Assembly: GCA_965369655.1 (NCBI GenBank)
Contig: CBDUQR010000002.1
Coordinates: 33,857-97,856, forward strand
Direction: 5' to 3'
Source of the DNA: an uncultured bacterium
Lineage (GTDB): Bacteria > Zixibacteria > MSB-5A5 > JAABVY01 > JAHJOQ01
DNA length: 64,000 nucleotides
Position 1 is the stretch's first letter, and each line of letters opens with the position of its first letter. Both the position numbers and the translations under genes were made by a program. Below are positions 10,501 through 18,500 of the stretch, piece after piece. Below the pieces are notes generated by a model that saw only the letters and a list, made by a program, of their open reading frames with translations, was not told the origin of the DNA and searched no databases.

Positions 10501-11739
10501 GGTTGGGTTTACTTGTGTATATCTCAGAGAGTTGTCCTTGATAAAGACAGAGTCCTTAGCCGTCTCGAAGACTGCACGGAAACATTCCTCGCTCTCCCGC
10601 AGGGCCGCCGTTCGCTCATCTACAAGCGTCTCAACGAAACTGGCGCGGTTTCGCATCAGCATAAGTTGAGAAACTACGAGCGCAGTGAGCGCGAGGCCTC
10701 CGAGCAGGATGATCCATTGTATCCATAGGGAGTAAGCATCGAGATAGCCAGGCGATGGCGTACAGCGTATCTCCCAGGTCCGGTCAGCTATTTTGAAAGA
10801 AGTAACATATCTCAGGTTTGTACTATTATCAATTTTGAGCAGGGAATCACTCGTCTCCCAGTTGCGCAAGCGCGCCCAGTGCTGGCAAAGAAATTGCTCA
10901 CCGGGAGGTGAGGAGAGATCAATCACCTGAATATCTGTTCCTCTGGGGTCCTGTTTCCAAATTATACCCGTAAGGATATCGATAACTCGTACAGCAGAGA
11001 AGACAACGCCTTTGATAGCCGCACGGCGTTCTTCAATTGTCGAGATGGGCAAATCCTTTTCGTAAACAGGTCGATAAGCGATGACTGCCAGTTTGTTACT
11101 CTGCTCGCATGGTATTAGTATCGGACCAGTGATCGTAGACTGGTCTAAATCACGCGCTCGCTCAATCGCTTTGCGCTGGCTCGGTTTCGAGAACATATCC
11201 AAGCCCATCGCCCAATCGAGCTGCGGCAAGTGATACAGAACCGGATAGTACTCCTCGCGAGCAGGCGCGACTGCTGTGTCACCCAAATGAGAACCATCGT
11301 GGATATTGCAGTTAGCCAACCCTTCAACTTGCAGAGCTCGCTCAAAGTCGCTGCGGTTTGCGTGAGTTATGCGGGGCGCCCAGCCAAAAGCGTCGATTTC
11401 GGGGTGATTCACGAGTGCAGGTGCGGTAAACTGGATGAATTCATCACGGTCCACGAATTGCGAGCCGTCATAGAATCGCCCGAGAGCTTTGAGTTCGTCC
11501 AGGTGTCGATTAGCTTTATTCTCAAAGAGCAAACATCGTGTCTCGGCCAGTCGTTCGAAATCGAACTTGCGCAGCTCCCTCTCCCAGCTTCCCACCAGTA
11601 TACATGCTATTACGGACAACATTATTCCGATGAGCGCAGCAAACACTGCAGTATTCTGCCGCACGCGACCGGGTCGTGGATATTCCTCGTGGTTCTCAGC
11701 GTGAGGAAGGCTTCGGCCAAATGACTCTGTCTTACTCAC
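7549..11739 (-). CDS. Hybrid sensor histidine kinase: TM-CHASE sensor, ~5 PAS/PAC domains, HisKA, HATPase_c, C-terminal receiver
   Basis: The start is GTG with a GGGGGAG RBS. Domains by motif: a CHASE-like periplasmic domain between two TM helices, repeated PAS S-box blocks (ITERKRAEEAL-type linkers), an H-box (AHDFNNLLAPLMAYPD), an N/G-box (ISDTGCGIP…GSGLGLSVV) and a receiver (LIIDDDEVQRD…LDMIMP…KP). Confidence 0.85.
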   Translation of the reverse strand: MSKTESFGRSLPHAENHEEYPRPGRVRQNTAVFAALIGIMLSVIACILVGSWERELRKFDFERLAETRCLLFENKANRHLDELKALGRFYDGSQFVDRDEFIQFTAPALVNHPEIDAFGWAPRITHANRSDFERALQVEGLANCNIHDGSHLGDTAVAPAREEYYPVLYHLPQLDWAMGLDMFSKPSQRKAIERARDLDQSTITGPILIPCEQSNKLAVIAYRPVYEKDLPISTIEERRAAIKGVVFSAVRVIDILTGIIWKQDPRGTDIQVIDLSSPPGEQFLCQHWARLRNWETSDSLLKIDNSTNLRYVTSFKIADRTWEIRCTPSPGYLDAYSLWIQWIILLGGLALTALVVSQLMLMRNRASFVETLVDERTAALRESEECFRAVFETAKDSVFIKDNSLRYTQVNPTMERLFELSVFELIGRTDEDIFGTEAGSHIREVDSRVLGGETVEEEHTKPIQGVQITFHTIKVPMYDTSGKIIGLCGIARDITERKQAERALRESESIYRSTIENASGVPYQFDLASGKYVFVGAGIENLIGIAQKEFSPQAYSEIIMEQVVTDPDGPEDHATYGEVFRRGETAQYRADVRIQTSSGDVKWISDYAVPIRDDSGQVVGSIGILLDITERKRAEEAIRESKIKLQVLYDSSSDSIMLLDEKGFFDCNDATLRLFGCATKEEFCNRHPADFSPPTQPDGTDSMSYAKNNIALAIKEGSARFEHLHRRLDGTDFPAQVLLDKMELNGKEVLQARVFDITERKRAETLLQAERDYSSNIIQSMPGLSYVIEKDSGLLQSRNDNWAQVTGYSEEELQLMAFLDFFEEGPERDKCARRMQEVYDKGWSSMENLLVTKEGMKTPYYFTGRRVVIEGRTYLIGLGIDITECKQVEDALKKSESQYDELFSSLLEGIVVVDENEKVTFCNPACASIFEEDDPEKMIGKSLLDYADSDQKEIILQQTACRLRGESSKYELEITTAKNNRRILLVSVSPRLDENGRYIGAFGNVIDITETRRLRALESRAERLETAGKIAGQVAHDFNNLLAPLMAYPDMIRDELPDNHPALIYLDDIENAAERISDINQDLLAMGRRGHYNQEVINLNRIVSHAVNVIDTRSGTISCETDLCDDLMNVMGGAAQIDRCISNLLCNAQDALHGVGTITVKTKNYYVDDVSIVYGRVPKGEYVKVIISDTGCGIPDDIIQKIFDPFFTSKTADKKRGSGLGLSVVDAVMKDHNGYLDLSSNVGGGTSFYLYFPITRKTADEQESVQIVGGTETILIIDDDEVQRDVSTRILKKLGYAVSAVESGEKAIEFLKDNPQDLLILDMIMPPGIDGAETYRLISRIHPGQKAIIVSGFAESGLVLWAQALGAGAYVRKPFTKATIGAAIRTELDRVKLQPA

Positions 11740-12022
11740 CGGTTGTCTACTCCCCCTCAGTTAGCGCGGCGCCAACGAAGTCAGGATGGCATGCTCCCGG
11801 AGCGCTTCTCGATGTCAGTGCGTTGGAGAAAACTCTTTTGTTTGTATCGGCAGATTGTGCGATAATTACACTCGCTCCGGTCCAAGTCACACCTGCTGCG
11901 CCCTGCAAACGGTTGAGATATACACCGCATGAACGCGCGACGATGTTTTTTCGGTTTATTTCGCGGCGGTATTTAGTTATATATAATGGTTAGGTATGGT
12001 ATTTTGAGAAGCGAGGTGAATT

Positions 12023-12907
12023 ATGTATTACGATAGAGATCCCAGGTGGAAATTGAAAGTCGGGCTGGCCGAGATGCTGAAGGGCGGCGTCATAATGGAT
12101 GTCACGAATGCCGAGCAAGCCAAAATCGCTGAGGATGCCGGCGCTGTCGCGGTCATGGCGCTCGAACGCGTGCCTTCCGATATTCGCGCACAGGGCGGCG
12201 TTGCGAGGATGGCAAACGTCGAGGTCATCCAGAAAATAAAGGAAACTGTTTCCATCCCGGTCATGGCCAAGTGCAGGATCGGTCATTTCGCCGAAGCGCA
12301 GGTACTTCAGGAACTCGAAGTCGACTACGTGGACGAATCCGAAGTGCTGACGCCCGCCGACGAGCAGTTCCATGTCGACAAGTGGCCGTACAAGGTGCCA
12401 TTCGTGTGCGGTTGCAGGAATCTCGGAGAGGCGCTCAGACGAATCTCCGAAGGCGCAGCGATGATTCGTACAAAGGGCGAGGCAGGTTCCGGCAATATCG
12501 TCGAGGCTGTCAGACATATGCGCATGGTGATGTCCCATATCAGGCGGTTGCAGGCAATGAATCCTGAAGAGTTAAAGAACGAAGCTCAGGAGATGAGAGT
12601 ACCGATTGAAATCGTAACTGAGACCGCGAAACTCGGTAAGCTTCCGGTACCCAATTTCGCAGCGGGTGGAATCGCTACTCCGGCGGATACATCGCTGATG
12701 ATGCAACTCGGCGCAGAGGCAGTGTTCGTTGGCAGTGGCATCTTCAAGTCCTCCGATCCGCCCAAACGAGCCAGGGCTATTGTCGAAGCGACCACGCACT
12801 GGGATAATCCGAAAGCTGTGCTCGATGCCACACGGCCGCTCGGTGACGCGATGGAAGGACTTGACATCAGAGAGATTCCTGAAGACAAACTTCTCCAGAC
12901 AAGATAG
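12023..12907 (+). CDS. pdxS: Pyridoxal 5'-phosphate synthase lyase subunit PdxS
   Basis: GAGGTG RBS. The protein is diagnostic for PdxS/Pdx1 ([50 protein letters not shown]…[13 protein letters not shown]…GEAGSGN). Confidence 0.9.
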   Translation: MYYDRDPRWKLKVGLAEMLKGGVIMDVTNAEQAKIAEDAGAVAVMALERVPSDIRAQGGVARMANVEVIQKIKETVSIPVMAKCRIGHFAEAQVLQELEVDYVDESEVLTPADEQFHVDKWPYKVPFVCGCRNLGEALRRISEGAAMIRTKGEAGSGNIVEAVRHMRMVMSHIRRLQAMNPEELKNEAQEMRVPIEIVTETAKLGKLPVPNFAAGGIATPADTSLMMQLGAEAVFVGSGIFKSSDPPKRARAIVEATTHWDNPKAVLDATRPLGDAMEGLDIREIPEDKLLQTR

Positions 12908-12925
12908 TATTGGGGTCGATGATAT

Positions 12926-13546
12926 TTGTTATTCGATACCGGCAGTTTTCTGCCGGTATCTGATTTTGGACAACTTGTGAGTAAAGATACGGTCGGCATA
13001 CTGGCTCTGCAGGGTGACTTCGAGATGCATCGACAGATGTTCGAGCGCATCGGTGCGTCGGTATCGCTTGTCAGGACCTCCGATGAACTGGATCGTGTGG
13101 GCAGGCTCGTGATCCCCGGCGGTGAATCGAGTACGATGTTTCTACTGATCAAACGGTATGACCTGATGCAGCCCATTCTCAGATTCGCGTCCGACAGGCC
13201 GATTTGGGGAACATGCGCCGGGCTGCTTCTGCTGGCGGCGCGAATCGATGATCCTCAGATATCACCATTCGGTCTGATCGATATAGGCGCGTCCAGAAAC
13301 GCCTATGGTCGCCAGATCGAATCGTTCGTTGCCGACGGCGTTCTCCGGCTCGACAAATCCGAAAAACCGTATGAGATGGTGTTTATTCGCGCGCCGAAGA
13401 TCGTGAGTATCTCAGAAAGCGTCGATGTCATCGGATGGTGCGGCAATGAGATCACTATGGCGAGGCAGGGTAGAATCTTAGTGACGGCATTTCACCCGGA
13501 ATTAACTGAAGATACGGCGATTCACGAGTATTATCTCAGCATGTGA
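12926..13546 (+). CDS. pdxT: Pyridoxal 5'-phosphate synthase glutaminase subunit PdxT
   Basis: It has the class I glutamine amidotransferase triad context (GILALQGDF…LVIPGGESST…GTCAGLLLLA…HPE). The true start may be GTG 12977. It lies immediately downstream of pdxS. Confidence 0.85.
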   Translation: MLFDTGSFLPVSDFGQLVSKDTVGILALQGDFEMHRQMFERIGASVSLVRTSDELDRVGRLVIPGGESSTMFLLIKRYDLMQPILRFASDRPIWGTCAGLLLLAARIDDPQISPFGLIDIGASRNAYGRQIESFVADGVLRLDKSEKPYEMVFIRAPKIVSISESVDVIGWCGNEITMARQGRILVTAFHPELTEDTAIHEYYLSM

Positions 13547-13620
13547 TGCTGGTCTGAGCATGACACCAGTGACGTCGGATAGGTGGCCGAGTCGAGTGTC
13601 TTCGGACGCTTGGACACAGA

Positions 13621-14412
13621 TTACATCTCGTCAGCTTCGACAAACATCGTAATTCCCGCGAATTTGTCGTCTTTATCCAGTACCGGGATTGTGCGAATCC
13701 TGGCGTTGAGGGGCTTGATTCCATTACCGCGCAGGTTCAGAGTTCCCTTGAATCTCTTCTTGTGGCTGTTCAGCATCAGCTTGGTGACCGCTTTTTCCGG
13801 ATTGCTTTCATCGAGTATCATTGCCAGCGGCACGCCGATAAGAGCCTGTTCGTCGACGTGGAACAGCTTTGCCGCCTTTGTGTTCATGAATGTTATTCTC
13901 TCGGAATTATCAACTTTAATTATTGCCGAAGGGACTTCCTGTAACACGTCTTCAAGTTCCCGAATTCTCGCCTTGTCATTCTTGAGACTCGTGATTTCGA
14001 CAAGTGTTCCGAGAATGGCGGGAGAGCCTTCGTACGTGCAACGTACTCCTCGAACAAGTGCATCGATGATGCTCCCGTCTTTCCTGACGAGTTTCAGTTC
14101 ATATTCCTCGATTTGCGATTCGCCAGTGAGCCGTTTGCGAGCTCTTCGCTGCATCTCGTCCCAGGAACTCGGCCCGATAACCATCCTGAGTTCGATAGGA
14201 CTGAGATCATCATCGTCATAACCAAGCATTTCGCGGATGTATGGATTATAGAAGAGAAGATGGGATTGGTTGATTATGTATATCCCGACAAGCGCGTTCT
14301 CGACGAGAGTTTTGTACTTTTGTTCGGACTCGACCACGAGTTGTCTGACAACCTTCTGCGTGTCTATATCCCGAATTGTTTCCTCGAGAAAACTGCCTTT
14401 TGCCAATTCCAA
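13621..14412 (-). CDS. PAS-domain protein (two PAS/PAC folds, no output domain)
   Basis: The 263-aa protein has two PAS S-box-like segments (ENALVGIYIINQSHLLFYNPYIREMLGY…; AIIKVDNSERITFMNTKAAKLFHV…). No kinase, GGDEF or HTH domain is present. Confidence 0.7.
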   Translation of the reverse strand: MELAKGSFLEETIRDIDTQKVVRQLVVESEQKYKTLVENALVGIYIINQSHLLFYNPYIREMLGYDDDDLSPIELRMVIGPSSWDEMQRRARKRLTGESQIEEYELKLVRKDGSIIDALVRGVRCTYEGSPAILGTLVEITSLKNDKARIRELEDVLQEVPSAIIKVDNSERITFMNTKAAKLFHVDEQALIGVPLAMILDESNPEKAVTKLMLNSHKKRFKGTLNLRGNGIKPLNARIRTIPVLDKDDKFAGITMFVEADEM

Positions 14413-14526
14413 ACCCCGCTGTTGAGTGGTTTGCTACAACTTGTTGTTGATAATGATGTTGTCGGCAGAAGGAGAAGATTCTTTACGGCCCGTGATTCGT
14501 CGTCAAAAGTTGCAGTATGAAACCCC

Positions 14527-15012
14527 TTATTCCAATTCCTTGAAAGCTCTGATTATCAGGTGAGGAGAATCGGCTTGCATGATGCTGTCGATGAATCCGG
14601 GGTGCTCCATCTTTTCGGCAAGCGCCTTGAAGACTTTGAGATAGAGAGTGTCATCGTACGGGGGGGCAGCCATACAGAAGAAAAGCCTGACCGGCAGACC
14701 GTCGGGGGCGTCGAACTCGTAGCCTTCAGAGTGTCGCCCGATGGCGATTACGAATTCTTTGGCCTGCATTGTCCTGACATGGGGGACTGCGATATGATTT
14801 CCGATTGCTGTCGTGGCCTGTTTCTCGCGGTTGATGAGGTCCAATGTTAACTTGTTCTTGTTCGAAACCTTACCCGAAGTATCAAGCAATTCGACGAGTT
14901 CACGGATTATTGTCTCCTTCATCGAATTGACTTCTTTTCTTGTATGGCCATTATCGGGATCCGGGGGCTCGAAATCGCTGTCCATCCGCAACTTGATGCG
15001 TTCCGGCCTCAT
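14527..15012 (-). CDS. ptsN: PTS EIIA type-2 (nitrogen-regulatory PtsN-like) protein
   Basis: It carries the active-site His context (TTAIGNHIAVPHVRTMQAKEFVIAIGRHSEGYEFDAPDGLPVRLFFCMAAPP). The N-terminus RPERIKLRMDSD is typical of EIIA-Ntr, so the start is set at the internal Met (MRPERI). Confidence 0.7.
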   Translation of the reverse strand: MRPERIKLRMDSDFEPPDPDNGHTRKEVNSMKETIIRELVELLDTSGKVSNKNKLTLDLINREKQATTAIGNHIAVPHVRTMQAKEFVIAIGRHSEGYEFDAPDGLPVRLFFCMAAPPYDDTLYLKVFKALAEKMEHPGFIDSIMQADSPHLIIRAFKELE

Positions 15013-15522
15013 GTATCTCGATATGTTCAAGCTAATCCTTTCATCAGTACAATGTTACGTCAATACTTGTATCGCACGATACCGCCGAATACTTGAATAG
15101 TCAATTAGAAAATCTTGACGATAATGTCGCGATGAGGGGTAGGTGGCTGCGACTACGTTTCTGCACTTAGTTTGAGCAGGTCACGTAACTCATTGTCCTG
15201 AAGTACGCTCATGGAAATAGTTGATCCAAGTTTTCTCTTGACACATTGCGTGTACCTGTTATATTGAGCATGTTGATTATGGTCCGCTCTCGGGGGATGG
15301 CGGATAGCGGCTGACTGACGGCCGCAGTTGTTCGTAATTACTCGCTTCGTCTGTACCCTTCGTCGAGTTGCATGTGCTTGAGGCTCGAAAGTTTTGTTCA
15401 AGAATACAATGTATGTAGGATTCCAAATTGCTGATAAGGAGGTGAAACAGCACAGGAGTTTATGTGGGGTTTGGTCTGAGGACCACACTTATTTTTTAAG
15501 ACTTGACAACAGGAGGATTTCA

Positions 15523-18500
15523 ATGAAATCTGCGAAATTCTTAGCAATCTTTGTGGTACTTGCGGTTCTCTTTGCCGTTCCTGCGTTCGCGCAGGATACT
15601 GGCGTTCTGGACACCGTCCGCTGGGTACCGGAGAGTACGACGTGGACGATCGATGCCGCAGGAGATTCGCTCTTCTCGATCGAGGTCTTTGGCTGGACGG
15701 ACCAGAGTATTACAGCTCTTTCACTCGGTTTCAAGATCCCGACGAGCTCCGGTGGCGGCACCGGTCATGATGATTCGCTGATAGTGGTTGATTCATTTAA
15801 TTTCACTATGTCGACGGGCTTTCCAGTACCATGGGCCTGGAGCGCGGTGGATTCAGCGCGCTTCGCAGATGATTTTCTACGGCACAGCTTGTACAATGGC
15901 ATCCTGCTCGGACGGATCATGCCGACCTTCCCTGCGAATACATCATCTAAGATTGGTGATCTGTTCATCAATATCCCTGATCCCACCTTGCTGCCATGTG
16001 AGTTCGACATAGCTATCGACTCGGTCTTTTTCCCGCCTGCTGGGGCTTTCAAGTTCTCTCCCTCTGGCGGCTCAGGCTACGCGCCTGAGTATGTAGGTGC
16101 GACAATTCATGTGGTGAACAATATCTGTATTCCTGATGAGGAACCGACAATTTACCTCAATCCGACAAGCTTTACATTTAACGCTGTCGAGAATGGTTCC
16201 AATCCGGTCGCGCAATCACTCAGTATCATTAATACAGGTTCTGGAACACTGAACTGGACAGCATCAGTTGATCAGACATGGTTGACTCTTGCCGCATACA
16301 GTGGTACAGGAGATGGTGCAGTAAATGTATTAGCTAATAGAGGTAGTTTGACTGCTGGCACTTACAATGGTACGGTGACAGTGTCTGATCCTGCGGCGAC
16401 GAATAATCCGCAGACAGCATCAGTGACATTTATCATTGCACCGGCTCCACCTGAGATCGTGCTCGATACGACGAGCTTTACGTTCGATGCAATTGAAGGT
16501 GGACCGAATCCGGATGATGATACTCTCTGGATCTCAAATGGCGGTGGTGGAACGCTCGACTGGTCGGTTGGCGATGATGCAACCTGGCTGACCACTACTC
16601 CCGTTGCGGGTACCGGAGACGGATACACCGTCCTGAGCGTGAATGTCTCAGGCCAGCAAGTCGGCACTCACGTTGCGACTGTTTTTGTCACCGATCCTGC
16701 CGCAAGCAATACTCCTCAGACGGTTGATGTTACACTGAATATTGTATGCGACCCATCTGAGATAGAGGTGACTCCGTTGAGTTTCACATTCGATGCTGTC
16801 GAAGGTGGACCGAATCCACCGGCACAGAATATGTTAATTGGAAGTAGTGGTTCTTGCGACGTCAATTGGACTGCAACGATTATAGCTGGATGGCTTTCAC
16901 TTTCTGAATATTCCGGAACTGCGGCGTCGAGTGTCGATATTTCTGTGGACATCTTGGGATTAGACGCCGGTACTTATGAAGATACTATCGTGATTTCACA
17001 CGATGGGATCAATGAAAGTCCCGTTAAAGTTCCAGTGACGCTGTATGTTAATTGCATTCCGGCAGAGTTGGAGACTTCACCATCGAGCTTCGCTTTTGAT
17101 GCTCAGGAGGATGGCGCAAATCCGACCCCGCAGATCCTGCACATTACAAATGGTGGGACTTGTGAACTATATTGGGGTGCAAGTAATTCTCAGCCCTGGC
17201 TCACGCTTTCTGATTACTCTGGAACTGGCCCCATTGATATCGATGTCATGGTTGATATAACCAGCATGACTGCTGGCGAGTACCACGATACGATTGTCGT
17301 ATTCGATGATGGCAGTCAAATTGACACCATACCTGTTGTGCTCACAATCGGTACAGAGCCGCTGTTGATGGTTGCGCCGAGCGAGCTCAATTTCACCGCT
17401 CCGGATGGCGGACCGAATCCTGCTTCTCAGGATGTTGATATTACATCGACCGACTCGCCTGATACGGAGCTTGAGTGGGTCGTTATTGAGCCTGGCAAGC
17501 CTATCGCCTGGTTGAGTTATGATCCGGCTTTGGGCACCACCCCTTCGGTTATGACTGTCAGTGTAAATATGGATGGGCTGTCTGCGGGTGTTTACAACGA
17601 CAGCATAATGCTTACGAAGAATGTTCCGGACAAGGACGATATCGGCGATACGGTGACTGTCTATGCTGAATTGACGGTTACTGGTGTTCCGGAAATCGAT
17701 CTGATTCCGAATTACTTCTTCTTCACCTGGGAAGAGGGTTCACCGATTGTTCCTGATGACCAGGATATGAATATCACCAACACAGGCTCCGGTACCCTGA
17801 ACTGGACTCTCTATGATACCGAGCTGATTGGCTGGCTTGATCCGTCGGCGTTTTCAGGTACCGCGCCATCGGTGGTGACACTTTCGATAGACACTGGTCC
17901 ATCACTTACAGCCGGCAACATATATGTTGACACGATTGTAGTTGAATGTGCTGATGCGATCAATCCGCTCGAGATTGCGATTGTCGAGCTTGAAGTGACC
18001 GAACCGCCGGTGCTTGACGACGACACGGTCTGGGTTGGAAATACAAGCGGACTTCCCGGCGAGCAGGTTATCGTTCCTGTGACTTTCGCCAACAGTGTAT
18101 ATCTGTCAGGCATCTCACTGCCGCTTATCTTTGACGATATGCTGGCGAAAATCGACAATGGTATTACCTGTGACTCGGTCTCGTTCATCGGGTCGAGGGT
18201 CGACTACATTGGCGCGAAGCCAGTCACGATTGACAATATCAACAAGACTGTACTGGCAGGTGTGATAGTTATTAGCGAGCCGCTAATTCCGGCAGGCAAC
18301 GGCCTGATGGCGAACCTGTATTTCTCGATCGCTCCGGGCGCCGCACCGGGAATCGTTCCGATAGACTCGACGTTTATCCTTCCTGCAAACGAACTGATGT
18401 TCGCTGACAGCCTTGGTGGCGCGATCTATCCGGAGTTCTTCTATGGAACAATTGAGATTCTCGAACCACCTTCGACGGCTTGCCTCGAGGTCAGCGATGG

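Noticed and set aside
9955-10728. 257-aa plus-strand ORF, with 8632-9207 and 11230-11724
   Set aside because: They are antisense within the hybrid histidine kinase gene.
12586-13176. 196-aa minus-strand ORF
   Set aside because: It is antisense across the pdxS and pdxT genes, which are diagnostic on the plus strand.
15153-15488. 111-aa minus-strand ORF in the scaffoldin leader region
   Set aside because: It has no RBS, an odd His/Gln/Arg-rich composition, and overlaps the probable promoter and leader of the 15523 gene.
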